DNA from: a virus
Strand: one strand, 5' to 3'
Virus record (IMG/VR): IMGVR_UViG_3300015369_000076
Coordinates: 1 to 38,129 of that record
DNA: 38,129 nt
This document shows positions 7,422 through 16,106 of this stretch, one piece after another; position 1 is the first letter of the stretch, and every line of letters begins with the position of its first letter. Under the pieces are notes generated by a model, which saw only the letters and a list, made by a program, of their open reading frames with translations, did not search any database and was not told where the DNA came from. The translations under genes were made by a program, and so were the position numbers.

Positions 7422-8342
7422 ATGACAAAAGAGATCTATTACTTCGAGAACCACGCACTGAAGGCCGCAAAGTCCTATGAGAACGCCACGATAGAGCGCT
7501 CGTCCTGCGAGCCAGTATGCTACGACTACGGCAACGACTCGTCCGCCCACATGCTCCGCCACGGAACATCGGGCGAGACCGGATGCTTCAACGTATACCA
7601 GGGGGGCGAGCAGGTGGCGCAGATAGCCTTCTGGGTGTCCAACGGAAACCAGGACCTCGAGGACATAAGGGACTACGTCGACTACTACGACCTGTCGGAT
7701 GACTTCCCCTCCGACCTTGACGAGGTGGTGGCAGACCACATCCTCCTTCTTGACGACGACAAGGTGGCGATGAACACGTGGGGGAGCGTGCTTGACATCG
7801 ACGGGCGCATCACATCCTCCGCCGGCGACATACAGGACGGCTCGGACAAGGGGCTTCTCTATGAGATAGAGAGGAAGGCTTCCCAGAGCTTCATAGACGA
7901 GCTCATGCTCAACCTGTTCAAGGGCTCCCTGGTGGAGACCGACGGCAAGGTCACGCTGGTGACTACGAGGGAGGAGGCGAGGGAGATCTTCGACCTCGTC
8001 AAGGACTCCCAGGCGAGCAACTGCATACATCCCGGGGACCCCATGTTCGCACACAGCTGCGAACGGCTCGACCTCGACCCCGAGGCCAACAAGGTGCGCC
8101 AGATAATCGCCTTCAGGGACCTGCGGAGCGTGACAAGGCTCCTGTGCCTTGACGGGTTCTGGCGATACACCCATGGCGGAGCGAGGAAGGGGGCCGGAAG
8201 GAAGCTCAGGGGGAGCGCCCCAAGGGTGACAGTGTCAGCCCGTGTGGATGCGGAGACCGCAAGGAAGATAGCGCTCATGAAGAAGGGCGGGTGGGACCTC
8301 GGAGCCGCCATCGACACAATGGTGGACAACATTGCGGAATAA
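7422..8342 (+). CDS. Hypothetical protein (306 aa) with a basic GGARKGAGRK motif and a possible RHH-like C-terminus
   Basis: Clean ATG ORF followed by a terminator-like hairpin. No family recognised by eye. Confidence 0.65.
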   Translation: MTKEIYYFENHALKAAKSYENATIERSSCEPVCYDYGNDSSAHMLRHGTSGETGCFNVYQGGEQVAQIAFWVSNGNQDLEDIRDYVDYYDLSDDFPSDLDEVVADHILLLDDDKVAMNTWGSVLDIDGRITSSAGDIQDGSDKGLLYEIERKASQSFIDELMLNLFKGSLVETDGKVTLVTTREEAREIFDLVKDSQASNCIHPGDPMFAHSCERLDLDPEANKVRQIIAFRDLRSVTRLLCLDGFWRYTHGGARKGAGRKLRGSAPRVTVSARVDAETARKIALMKKGGWDLGAAIDTMVDNIAE

Positions 8343-8386
8343 TGGCTATATTTGCAGGTGCATCGTGAATAATTTCACAGGTTCGT

Positions 8387-8426
8387 GGGGGCGCTTCCGG
8401 TCGTGAGACCAGGGGCGCCTCTTTTT
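8387..8426 (+). terminator. Rho-independent terminator-like hairpin after the accessory block
   Basis: ggggcgc...ggtc-gtga-gacc...ggcgcc, an interrupted stem with a GUGA loop, followed by tcttttt. Confidence 0.5.
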
Positions 8427-8561
8427 AGACCTAAAAAATTCCCTAGTTAACCGAAATCATTTTACTAGGGTTGAAAGGCTTTGCCGCGGAAAATTCGTAC
8501 CTTTACAAGGGGATAAAATTCCATGAATTCTTTTCATATTTTTTACGGGTAAATTCTGAAA

Positions 8562-8590
8562 GGCTCCGTTGTGAAACGGGGCCCTTTTTC
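8562..8590 (+). terminator. Terminator-like hairpin (GUGA loop) plus T-run
   Basis: ggctccgtt-gtga-aacggggcc (9-bp stem including one G-U pair) followed by ctttttc. Confidence 0.5.
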
Positions 8591-8680
8591 GTATCTTTGT
8601 ACACGGTGCTTTTGCATCTTGTTTTTGTCCATATGGTAGATTGGATTTAGTTTCAGATTGTTATGGTATTTGGTTTTCGG

Positions 8681-8711
8681 CCTTCCTCGTCGTGAGACAA
8701 GGGAGGTTTTT
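8681..8711 (+). terminator. Terminator-like hairpin (GUGA loop) plus T-run, abutting the integrase stop codon
   Basis: ccttcct...gtc-gtga-gac...agggagg followed by ttttt. It is oriented for + strand transcripts, convergent with int. Confidence 0.5.
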
Positions 8712-9801
8712 ACCACTCCGGCTTCCGTTTCCCCTTTACGAAGTCCAGTGTCCATCGCATGCCCTTGTCCGCCTTGGATTCGTCCGGATCTACATATACC
8801 ATGGTGACGGCCCTCGAAGTGTCCGAGTGCCCCAGCATCTGGGCTATGACCTCCAGGGGGACGCCTACCTGGGACGCCAGTGTGGCCACTGAGTGGCGGG
8901 CCTCGTAGGTCGTGTGCCCGATGTCCTTCTTCATCTGCCTGCAGGCATTGATGTACCAGTTCCTGTAGGAGGACGTCCCCTCGCAGAACGAGAACAGCCT
9001 CTCGGTGCCTCTCCACTTCCTCATCAGGTACGCCGCCTCCGGTTCTACCTTGACCGAGTACCTCTTGCCTGTCTTGCTCCGGACGTAGGTGATGCGGCCG
9101 TTTTTGTAGTCCCCTGGCCGGAGGTTGTAAAGGTCAATCGCATTGATACCTCGGAGACAGAATATCAGCACCCAGACATCCCTCCACTTGCCGTGCATGC
9201 TGTTGAATATCCGCCGGACCTCCCTGATTGGCAGCGCCCTCTTCTCGGTCTCCTCGTTCTTTATCTTTATCTTGCTGAACGGATAGCAGTCCGTCAGGCC
9301 GGTGTCCCTGGCATGGTTGAACACGGCCCTCATGTTGCGGAGGTGGATGTTTACCGTATTGATAGTGTTCCCGCGGCCCTCCAGCCAGCTCCTGAACTTG
9401 GATATGTAGGGCGCATCGATTTCGAAGAAGTCCCTCTGGGCTATCATGGGATCGAACCGATGAAGGAGCTTGCTTGTACGGACGTATGTCTCCACGGTCC
9501 TCGGCTTGTTCCTTGACTGGGCGAATTCTTCATAGGCCTTGAGGAACGCTCCCCTGACTACCTTTTCGACTCCCATCAGGGAGCGAATCTTGCCGGTAAG
9601 CGTATCATTGTCGATGGCCTTCAGCCTGCCTGCCAGGGCGAGGTCCGCAAGGTAGGTGTTGACTCGGGACGCCATCATCTGTACCGCCGGATCTGTCGCA
9701 GGCCGGCCGGTGGAGACGAAGATATACTTGCGGTTGTGGCGGAGTCTCAGGAATGCGCTGCTGCACCCCTTCTTGGTGAATATCGTGACTGTCTGTTTCA
9801 T
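8710..9801 (-). CDS. int: Tyrosine recombinase / phage integrase
   Basis: C-terminal catalytic pattern (ARHSVATLASQVGVPLEVIAQMLGHSDTSRAVTMVY) and N-terminus MKQTVTIFTKKG...LRLRHNRKYIFVSTG, typical of Bacteroidota-type phage integrases. The start at 9801 is chosen because the longer ORF (to 9945) reads through the arm repeats. Confidence 0.9.
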   Translation of the reverse strand: MKQTVTIFTKKGCSSAFLRLRHNRKYIFVSTGRPATDPAVQMMASRVNTYLADLALAGRLKAIDNDTLTGKIRSLMGVEKVVRGAFLKAYEEFAQSRNKPRTVETYVRTSKLLHRFDPMIAQRDFFEIDAPYISKFRSWLEGRGNTINTVNIHLRNMRAVFNHARDTGLTDCYPFSKIKIKNEETEKRALPIREVRRIFNSMHGKWRDVWVLIFCLRGINAIDLYNLRPGDYKNGRITYVRSKTGKRYSVKVEPEAAYLMRKWRGTERLFSFCEGTSSYRNWYINACRQMKKDIGHTTYEARHSVATLASQVGVPLEVIAQMLGHSDTSRAVTMVYVDPDESKADKGMRWTLDFVKGKRKPEW

Positions 9802-9809
9802 GCCGTTTT

Positions 9810-9830
9810 GGTTTAACTTTGGTTTAACTT
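9810..9830. repeat. attP arm-type repeat pair (GGTTTAACTT x2)
   Basis: Direct tandem copies at 9810-9819 and 9821-9830. Confidence 0.6.
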
Positions 9831-9875
9831 TCGGCCGGTCCGGGGCGTAACTCCCTGACATGCCGGCACGGCCTT

Positions 9876-9897
9876 GGTTTAACTTTTGGTTTAACTT
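9876..9897. repeat. attP arm-type repeat pair (GGTTTAACTT x2)
   Basis: Direct copies at 9876-9885 and 9888-9897. Confidence 0.6.
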
Positions 9898-10000
9898 TTT
9901 TCTCCGAAAAGCCCCAAAACGCTCCAAAATGTCCCAAAATGACACATGAAGAGCGTCAAGGATAAGCAGTATACCCTTGACGTAACAGATTGATATTCAG

Positions 10001-10061
10001 CGGAAAGACAGGGATTCGAACCCTGGAGCCGCATACGCGACTACCGGTTTTCGAGACCGGT
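10001..10061 (-). other. attP core: 3' ~61 nt of a tRNA-Ser(CGA) gene (anticodon arm, long variable arm, T arm, acceptor 3' strand, G73)
   Basis: The reverse complement reads CCGGT-CTCGAAA-ACCGG / TAGTCGCGTATGCGGCTC / CAGGG-TTCGAAT-CCCTG / TCTTTCC-G. No D arm or 5' acceptor strand is present, so it is a fragment rather than a gene. Confidence 0.7.
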
Positions 10062-10117
10062 TAATCTTCCGTATAATCCCTTAGTGGCTAGTCTGTTACG
10101 GAGGGAACTTTTCTCTT

Positions 10118-10139
10118 GGTTTAACTTTCGGTTTAATTC
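10118..10139. repeat. attP arm-type repeat pair on the other side of the core (GGTTTAACTT, GGTTTAATTC)
   Basis: Copies at 10118-10127 and 10130-10139, the second with two mismatches. Confidence 0.55.
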
Positions 10140-10151
10140 TTTTTACCTGAT

Positions 10152-10487
10152 TCAGGCATTCGGGATCTTCTTAAGGAGCTCCTGGATTGTCGCATAATAC
10201 TCCGAGTTCTGCCTCCGGAGCGATTCGACCATGTCCTGAAGGAGTCTTATGTAGGCATCCTGCGATACGGCCGTATCCGCCAGGGGCGGAATGTTCGTCG
10301 TGCCGTCCGTCAGGGCGGACACATCCCATCCCATGTTGTTGTTGACGAGTTTATGAAGGTTCACCGGGTCGGGCTTCGTCCGGCCTGCCACCCAGCTTGA
10401 GACTGACGCCTTGGAGATCCCAAGGTAGTTGCTGATGTCGACTTGACGCAAATTATTATCCGCCAAGAAGTTAAGAATTTTAGACAT
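10152..10487 (-). CDS. XRE/CI-like HTH transcriptional repressor
   Basis: N-terminal HTH_3 pattern LRQVDISNYLGISKASVSSWVAGRTKP. Divergent from the early operon and adjacent to int/attP. Confidence 0.8.
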   Translation of the reverse strand: MSKILNFLADNNLRQVDISNYLGISKASVSSWVAGRTKPDPVNLHKLVNNNMGWDVSALTDGTTNIPPLADTAVSQDAYIRLLQDMVESLRRQNSEYYATIQELLKKIPNA

Positions 10488-10615
10488 GACGCGGTTAAAA
10501 AAGTTAGGTCTGATTAGTTAATTTTTTGTGCAAAAAGTTTGGAAAGTAAATTAATTCGCTTAACTTTGCACTTAACAACTTAATTAACTAATTACTTAAC
10601 AAAAAACGTACCGAC
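10488..10615. promoter_or_regulatory. Divergent lysogeny-switch intergenic region with repeated CTTAAC boxes and a TAACTTTG -7-like motif
   Basis: CTTAAC at 10559, 10571 and 10595 (plus CTTAAT at 10579). TAACTTTG at 10561-10568, 48 nt before ATG 10616. Confidence 0.45.
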
Positions 10616-10996
10616 ATGACACCATTGGAATTCGAAAACATGACCGGGGAGACCAGCGCCGAAAGGGATTACAAGAAGGGCAACCTCATATATACATATT
10701 CGTCTCTGCCGCTCAAGGTGTTCGCCGAATACTACAGGGACGGCAAATTCTACGAGATAGCCCTTGAGTGCGCAAGGATGGCCAGCAAGTTCGACAATAA
10801 CTGCAAGCTGTATCAGGAGCAGATAAGGATTCTCGAGGGGGCGGTGGATGACCAGGACAAGCGGATTAGCGAACTGATGCAGGAGAGGGACCTCTACAGA
10901 AGGGACCTGTTCCTTCAGAAGATATCCGGGAAGCTGACTCCCTCAGAGGTGATCGAACTGAGGAAATGGATGGACCTGACGAATGAGAATGAATGA
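10616..10996 (+). CDS. Hypothetical early protein (126 aa, coiled-coil C-terminal half)
   Basis: First ATG ORF of the rightward early operon. Confidence 0.65.
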   Translation: MTPLEFENMTGETSAERDYKKGNLIYTYSSLPLKVFAEYYRDGKFYEIALECARMASKFDNNCKLYQEQIRILEGAVDDQDKRISELMQERDLYRRDLFLQKISGKLTPSEVIELRKWMDLTNENE

Positions 10997-11014
10997 CAAA
11001 CTATAAGATAACAA

Positions 11015-11215
11015 ATGAAGACAGTAAAGGAAAAAGGGACGTTGAGGGCCGCGATGCTCTCAATGAATACCGGAGAGATGATAGCGGTGGACAAGAGTAC
11101 CTTCACGGCATCGACCGTAAGGATCCTTGCGGCCCAGCTGAAATCCGACGGAAAGGGCGAGTGGAGCGTGAGCGCTCCGAGTGACGGGCCAATGACAGTG
11201 GAGAGGAAGGCATGA
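11015..11215 (+). CDS. Hypothetical protein (66 aa)
   Basis: Preferred over the overlapping 10993..11184 frame because of its more protein-like composition and the ATGA coupling to the next gene. Confidence 0.5.
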   Translation: MKTVKEKGTLRAAMLSMNTGEMIAVDKSTFTASTVRILAAQLKSDGKGEWSVSAPSDGPMTVERKA

Positions 11216-11400
11216 CACTGCAGGAACCCGAGGTGCTTGAGAGAAGGCACTATACCGAGGCGGAGGCAGCCTCCTTCCTCGGAGTCGACCGGCACACTGT
11301 CGGACATTGGAGAAGATCCGGACTGATGCAGCCGGCAAAGACCGCACCAAAGGTGCTCTACACCGGGGCCGAGATACGCCGGATCTGGATGAGAAGATGA
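11212..11400 (+). CDS. Excisionase-like / MerR-type HTH (HTH_17) DNA-binding protein
   Basis: YTEAEAASFLGVDRHTVGHWRRSGL...LYTGAEIRRIW matches the Xis/HTH_17 pattern. Confidence 0.65.
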   Translation: MTLQEPEVLERRHYTEAEAASFLGVDRHTVGHWRRSGLMQPAKTAPKVLYTGAEIRRIWMRR

Positions 11401-11487
11401 CACGCCGCCTGGGAAGGCCACGGCCCCGGAAAGCAGTAGACATGACGTTATGAGATTGATGCCTCACAGGTTCTTTAAGTTTTGCGC

Positions 11488-11518
11488 GGGGAGCAACCCG
11501 GGGCGCTCCCCTTTTTTT
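11488..11518 (+). terminator. Rho-independent terminator
   Basis: ggggagc-(10 nt)-gctcccc stem followed by a T7 run. Confidence 0.65.
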
Positions 11519-11545
11519 AAAAAGGAAATTTTAACACTTCAGACC

Positions 11546-11701
11546 ATGAAAGCAAGATTCGCAGCAACGTACTTCATACTGTCACTGGTATCGGTGATGC
11601 TGTTCTCCGGAGGACCGCTCTGGCTGGTATCACTCACGGTTGCTAACCTCTGCCTGTCAGTCAGGATGATGAACAGGCACGGGGAAGAGTTCGAAAAGTA
11701 A
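11546..11701 (+). CDS. Small membrane protein (51 aa, two hydrophobic segments)
   Basis: Internal ATG of track ORF 11450..11701, downstream of the terminator. Sequence MKARFAATYFILSLVSVMLFSGGPLWLVSLTVANLCL. Confidence 0.5.
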   Translation: MKARFAATYFILSLVSVMLFSGGPLWLVSLTVANLCLSVRMMNRHGEEFEK

Positions 11702-11726
11702 AGTTTAACACTATAATCCAAGACTT

Positions 11727-12170
11727 ATGATTGAGATCAATGTAAACGTCACGCTCCATCCGGGAGAAGGATGGAAGAACGTGCTCTCCGTCTTCGGGCA
11801 GAAGATGGAGGAAAGGACTGCCGAGAAGGCGGTCGCCCAGAAGGTCGCCAAGGCGACCGTGAAGGATGCTCCGGCCAAGCCAGAGAAGCCCAAGGAGGCT
11901 CCCAAGGCCGAGCAGGAGATCACCGAGGTCCGCCGTGCCATGAACGAGTGCAGGGCCCGCATCGAAGGGGCCGACTGGACCGAGAACACTGAGAGCGAGA
12001 GCTATGTCAAGTACCACAAGCCTCTGACGAGACTCTTCAAGAGCTATGCCCGTACCCTTGGTTCTGACGTTCCCTCGCAGCTCCCCGAGGACAAGATCCA
12101 GGAGTTCGTCGAGATGGTGGGCGGGACCTACGTCGACAAGGACGGAGTGCTAATCGAATATCCCATGTAG
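11727..12170 (+). CDS. Hypothetical protein (147 aa, Lys/Ala/Pro-rich linker)
   Basis: ATG ORF immediately upstream of the DUF2800 gene. Confidence 0.65.
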   Translation: MIEINVNVTLHPGEGWKNVLSVFGQKMEERTAEKAVAQKVAKATVKDAPAKPEKPKEAPKAEQEITEVRRAMNECRARIEGADWTENTESESYVKYHKPLTRLFKSYARTLGSDVPSQLPEDKIQEFVEMVGGTYVDKDGVLIEYPM

Positions 12171-12172
12171 CC

Positions 12173-13336
12173 ATGGCTGCCAACGGACACGCACTGCTTA
12201 GCCCTTCAGGGGCGCACAGGTGGCTGAACTGCACGCCATCCCTCCGGCTGGAGGAGAACGCACCGGATGCCGAGAGCTCCTTTGCGATGGAGGGCTCCCT
12301 GGCACATGCCCTGGGGGCCAAGAAGATAAAGAGGGCCCTCGGGATGAACACCAACGCCGAGGATACCGAGATGGTGACATATACCATAGGGAGGGGCATC
12401 GAAGTCACGGAGGAGATGGAGCAGTGTACCGACACCTACAGGGACATAGTCATTGAGAAGCTTTCCAAGGCGAGGACCACTACCAAGGATGCAAAAGTCT
12501 TCATCGAGACTCGCCTTGACTTTTCCGAGTTCCTCACCGACTCGTTCGGTACGGCCGACTCCATCGTCATATCTGACGGACTTCTTGAGGTCATCGATTT
12601 CAAATACGGAAAGGGAGTCAAGGTCGACGCTTTCCGCAATCCCCAGATGATGATATACGCCCTCGGAGCCTATGACGAATACTCCATAGAGTATCCTGTC
12701 AACAAGGTAAGGATGACCATCGTCCAGCCGAGGATGGACAACCTCTCCGAGTACGAGATGGACATCAAGGAGCTTCTGGCATGGAGGGATGAGATTCTCG
12801 TACCCACTGCGAAGAGGGCCTACGATGGAGAGGGCGAGCAGACTCCGGGCGACTGGTGCAGGTTCTGCAAGGTCAAGGGGGCCTGCAAGGCTCTGGCCGA
12901 AGTGGGAATGAAGGTCGCAAGGGCCGACAACCCGAAGCTCCTGTCGGACTCCGAGATCCCCGGATACCTTGCAATCATACCGCTTGTCAAGTCATGGGTG
13001 GCCGACTTCGAGGCGTTCGCGTTGGAACGCGCCCTGGACGGGGCCGACATCAAGGGCTACAAGGTCGTGGAGGGAAGGAGCATCCGCCAGATCACGGAGC
13101 CGATGAAGCTCGCAAACGCCCTAATCGCCAAGGGCTACTCCCCTGAAAACATTTACAGGCCGCAGGAGCTCCGCCCGATAGGCGAGCTCGAGAAGCTGAT
13201 GGGCAAGAGGAACTTTGCCGACGTGGCGAGGTTCTATGTTGAGAAGCCCCAGGGCCGACCGACACTCGTTCCAGAGAGCGACAAGAGGGAACCTTACAAC
13301 AGCAGTAAATCAGATTTTAAGGGCATTGAAATTTAA
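12173..13336 (+). CDS. DUF2800-family PD-(D/E)XK (Cas4-like) nuclease
   Basis: [46 protein letters not shown] and the C-terminal Cys cluster [13 protein letters not shown]. Confidence 0.8.
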   Translation: MAANGHALLSPSGAHRWLNCTPSLRLEENAPDAESSFAMEGSLAHALGAKKIKRALGMNTNAEDTEMVTYTIGRGIEVTEEMEQCTDTYRDIVIEKLSKARTTTKDAKVFIETRLDFSEFLTDSFGTADSIVISDGLLEVIDFKYGKGVKVDAFRNPQMMIYALGAYDEYSIEYPVNKVRMTIVQPRMDNLSEYEMDIKELLAWRDEILVPTAKRAYDGEGEQTPGDWCRFCKVKGACKALAEVGMKVARADNPKLLSDSEIPGYLAIIPLVKSWVADFEAFALERALDGADIKGYKVVEGRSIRQITEPMKLANALIAKGYSPENIYRPQELRPIGELEKLMGKRNFADVARFYVEKPQGRPTLVPESDKREPYNSSKSDFKGIEI

Positions 13337-13379
13337 GAATGGCCTAGTAGAACAAAAATATCAAAAAAAAAAACTAATC

Positions 13380-13592
13380 ATGGATTTTCAGATTGACCCT
13401 TCGTTCGAAAGCAGGAAGGACGTGTTCTGGGTGAAGTTCGCCCTGTCTGACGAGCTGGCCCGCAAGTGGATATACGGCGAATCAATTGACGACATGGCGG
13501 TCAAGATACGCATAGAACATCAGATCAAGGGAGCCATAGCAAGCGCCCTGAAAATGAGGGAAGCCGAAAAGAACAATCCTGACAAGAAATGA
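13380..13592 (+). CDS. Hypothetical protein (70 aa)
   Basis: Internal ATG of track ORF 13215..13592, after the DUF2800 stop. Confidence 0.55.
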   Translation: MDFQIDPSFESRKDVFWVKFALSDELARKWIYGESIDDMAVKIRIEHQIKGAIASALKMREAEKNNPDKK

Positions 13593-13900
13593 AGTACGGC
13601 GTATCTTACGAGGATATGAACGAGTTCACGTTGACAGTGGACCAGCTCATAGCGCTCCTTACCCGGATATCCAAGGACGACAAGGGCCAGTGCCTGGTGG
13701 TATATGGAGTGTCAGACGACCTGATGCTGTGCCTTGACGGAGTGAGGAACAAGGTCGACAACCTCACCGCACCCATCTGGAAGGCCAAGACCTGCCCGGT
13801 GATGGCGCTCACTGACGAAGGTGACATGGTAGACCATGGGCTGGTCATACTGACAACGGGGCCCCTGAAGATAAGAACCGATAAAATCAGGCAATCATGA
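13589..13900 (+). CDS. Hypothetical protein (103 aa)
   Basis: ATGA-coupled to the previous ORF. Confidence 0.6.
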   Translation: MKYGVSYEDMNEFTLTVDQLIALLTRISKDDKGQCLVVYGVSDDLMLCLDGVRNKVDNLTAPIWKAKTCPVMALTDEGDMVDHGLVILTTGPLKIRTDKIRQS

Positions 13901-14163
13901 ATGTCGACTGGCGGCCCGAGGGGTATGTGGCGGTCCAATACGTAGATGGAAAGGGATTCATACCGCTCTATAATTTCGGAGAGAAGCAAGGGGATGCCAT
14001 CCTCTTCTGCAGGAACCCCGGGCGATATGTCTCCGAGAGCAAGATGGAAAGAAGAATGGGCAATTACGCCCCGGAGGAGATCTACATGATCAAGACCAAC
14101 CACATAACCGCCAAGGCCGTACTCTACAGAGATTACGAAGAAGAACGTTTAAGAGATAGATGA
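13897..14163 (+). CDS. Hypothetical protein (88 aa)
   Basis: ATGA-coupled to the previous ORF. Confidence 0.6.
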   Translation: MNVDWRPEGYVAVQYVDGKGFIPLYNFGEKQGDAILFCRNPGRYVSESKMERRMGNYAPEEIYMIKTNHITAKAVLYRDYEEERLRDR

Positions 14164-14164
14164 G

Positions 14165-14569
14165 ATGAACGAATTGTACTGGATAACAAGGCTGGACTCC
14201 ATACGGGAATTCCTCTCCGTCGTCACGACGGTATGCGGAGTGCTCACCTTCGGCGCACTGCTGGCAGTGTTCTTCGCCCATCTGGAGGAGAAGCCCGGGC
14301 TTGCAAGGAAGTCCGGGAAGTGGGGGCTGGCCCTCTTCGCAGGGGCGCTCATGTTCGGGCTGGTCTACGTGTTCGTACCGAGCACCAAGGATGCATACGT
14401 CATGTACGGCGTCGGCGGAACCATCGAATATCTGAGGGAGAACGACACGGCCAAGCAGCTCCCCGACAAGGCGGTCAAGGCGCTTGACTCCCTACTAGAC
14501 GAGATCAACAACACCGAGAAAAACGACAAGAAACATGGAAAAACCAAGGCAGACAATGAAAACGACTGA
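14165..14569 (+). CDS. Hypothetical membrane protein (134 aa, two TM segments)
   Basis: Hydrophobic stretches FLSVVTTVCGVLTFGALLAVFF and WGLALFAGALMFGLVYVFV. Confidence 0.6.
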   Translation: MNELYWITRLDSIREFLSVVTTVCGVLTFGALLAVFFAHLEEKPGLARKSGKWGLALFAGALMFGLVYVFVPSTKDAYVMYGVGGTIEYLRENDTAKQLPDKAVKALDSLLDEINNTEKNDKKHGKTKADNEND

Positions 14570-14801
14570 CGATGCAGGGCACACCTTCCTGAGCCTGTTC
14601 AGTGTGGACGGCGTACAGATATTCAGCAGCCTGAACGCGATAACCTCAGAGGAAGCTCGTATACTCAAGAATCCGGATGACAAGCTATTCAGCGAGAAAT
14701 GGTACTGGATGATTGAGAAAGCCATAAAGGGGCTCCAGAAACTGCAGGACGAGCTAAAGTTAAAAGACGCAAGAAAAGAACTGAGTGATGGAGAGAACTG
14801 A
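14535..14801 (+). CDS. Hypothetical protein (88 aa; alternative start ATG 14556)
   Basis: ATG ORF overlapping the previous stop. Confidence 0.55.
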   Translation: MEKPRQTMKTTDDAGHTFLSLFSVDGVQIFSSLNAITSEEARILKNPDDKLFSEKWYWMIEKAIKGLQKLQDELKLKDARKELSDGEN

Positions 14802-15108
14802 CGAGAACCTGCGGGTGATGCTCATCTGCGACACGACAAAGGTCATGCTGGGAGTAAACGACAAGCTCCCCGAAAGCTCCCTGGTGGCAGCGCTGGTGAT
14901 ACTGAGGACCGTCATCCGGGACGACTTATCCAAGGGGCTGGGGGTAAGGCACAGATATGTACTTGACAGGCATGCCGTGCAGTCGACCGGCAACGCATAC
15001 AAGGTCACATTCATAGTGACATACGTATCGTACGGTCGAACTGAAAGCCTCAAGGATGTGAAGGTATGGTACAGGATGAACGCTGAAGAGATTGCAGACA
15101 ATGGGTAA
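14788..15108 (+). CDS. Hypothetical protein (106 aa)
   Basis: The track start at 14785 is GTG; the first ATG is at 14788. Confidence 0.55.
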   Translation: MERTDENLRVMLICDTTKVMLGVNDKLPESSLVAALVILRTVIRDDLSKGLGVRHRYVLDRHAVQSTGNAYKVTFIVTYVSYGRTESLKDVKVWYRMNAEEIADNG

Positions 15109-15589
15109 GAAAGTAGAGAATACCCTGTTTCCCATATGGAGGGATACGGACGAGACCTTCTGGCCGTGGTTCAAGCGGCAGGTCGAGGATGCCGGACTGT
15201 GGGGCGAGTATTGCGAGGCCGTGTGCCGGACGATAGAGGACAAGCAGAGGGTGGAGCGCTCCTATCCGCCGGAGGTGCACAGGGAGTGGCAGGGAGTGAA
15301 GATACCGCCGAGGGAGGACACCGATGCAAGGAGGGAGTTCGCCGAGGACCGGATACTGACACGCTTCAACCACATGTGCCGAATGTGGGGGCTGGCCCTA
15401 CGGAATGAGACCGGATGCACGAAGCCGGACCCATGGATGACATTCACCATACACGGACCCTTCACGCCGATGGACGGGGGAGTGTTCTCCATGATATTCG
15501 TCCCCAACGACAGGGACAGGGAGTTTCGGAGGATGATAACAAGCATCGAGAGCGAATTCGAGAAGAGGGTAAGAATTTTTAAGATCTAG
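15101..15589 (+). CDS. Hypothetical protein (162 aa)
   Basis: The track start at 15092 is TTG; the first ATG at 15101 overlaps the previous stop. Confidence 0.6.
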   Translation: MGKKVENTLFPIWRDTDETFWPWFKRQVEDAGLWGEYCEAVCRTIEDKQRVERSYPPEVHREWQGVKIPPREDTDARREFAEDRILTRFNHMCRMWGLALRNETGCTKPDPWMTFTIHGPFTPMDGGVFSMIFVPNDRDREFRRMITSIESEFEKRVRIFKI

Positions 15590-15596
15590 ATACGAC

Positions 15597-15773
15597 ATGA
15601 AAAAGAGTGAACTGACTCAACTGATAAACAAGTTCAACGACGACTGCGAGATTGCGGCGGCCGTGAAGGACTCGGAGATGATCACCTACCACTACGACAT
15701 ATCCGGAGTGGACATGGTGGTGACGAGGGACGGAAAGAAGACGATAATCCTTAAGACCGAGAACTATGGATAA
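15597..15773 (+). CDS. Hypothetical small protein (58 aa), absent from the ORF track
   Basis: Hand translation gives MKKSELTQLINKFNDDCEIAAAVKDSEMITYHYDISGVDMVVTRDGKKTIILKTENYG*. It fills the gap between neighbouring genes and overlaps the next start. Confidence 0.5.
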   Translation: MKKSELTQLINKFNDDCEIAAAVKDSEMITYHYDISGVDMVVTRDGKKTIILKTENYG

Positions 15774-16104
15774 GCCACTTTGCCTTGGAGAGAAGACGTT
15801 CTACCTGCGGCAGCTGGTAAGGGCCCTCGGACTGGACCTTGCGGACTACCTGGCATACGTCAACCATGGCGCGACATACGCATGGTGGAAATGCACCCTT
15901 ATCATGGAAGCCCTGCCTGAGGATGGATACTATGGAATGCGAACATTCGTCAAGGAGCTCCGGGGGATAATCCAGAGGGGAAGCATGAGGGCAAGCGCCT
16001 GCAACAGGATGGTCGACCTCTATGAGAAGATCCTCGAGATCGCAGGTATCGAAGGATATAACTGGCGAGAGGAAAGCGCCAAAGTAAGGAGGGAGGAGAA
16101 GTAG
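15766..16104 (+). CDS. Hypothetical protein (112 aa)
   Basis: ATG ORF in the same operon. Confidence 0.6.
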   Translation: MDKPLCLGEKTFYLRQLVRALGLDLADYLAYVNHGATYAWWKCTLIMEALPEDGYYGMRTFVKELRGIIQRGSMRASACNRMVDLYEKILEIAGIEGYNWREESAKVRREEK

Positions 16105-16106
16105 CC

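Noticed and set aside
7341-8174. 277-aa ORF on the - strand
   Set aside because: It is antisense to 7422..8342 and has a Val/Gly/His-rich composition that is not protein-like. The + strand ORF has the promoter-like motif and the terminator.
9802-9945. 48-codon N-terminal extension of the integrase ORF
   Set aside because: It reads through the GGTTTAACTT arm repeats (giving KLNQKLNQ). The conserved integrase N-terminus begins at MKQTVTIF (9801).
10993-11184. 63-aa ORF as an alternative to 11015..11215
   Set aside because: It is highly charged and Arg/Glu/Asp-rich with no hydrophobic core pattern. The other frame couples by ATGA to the next gene. This is a low-confidence choice.
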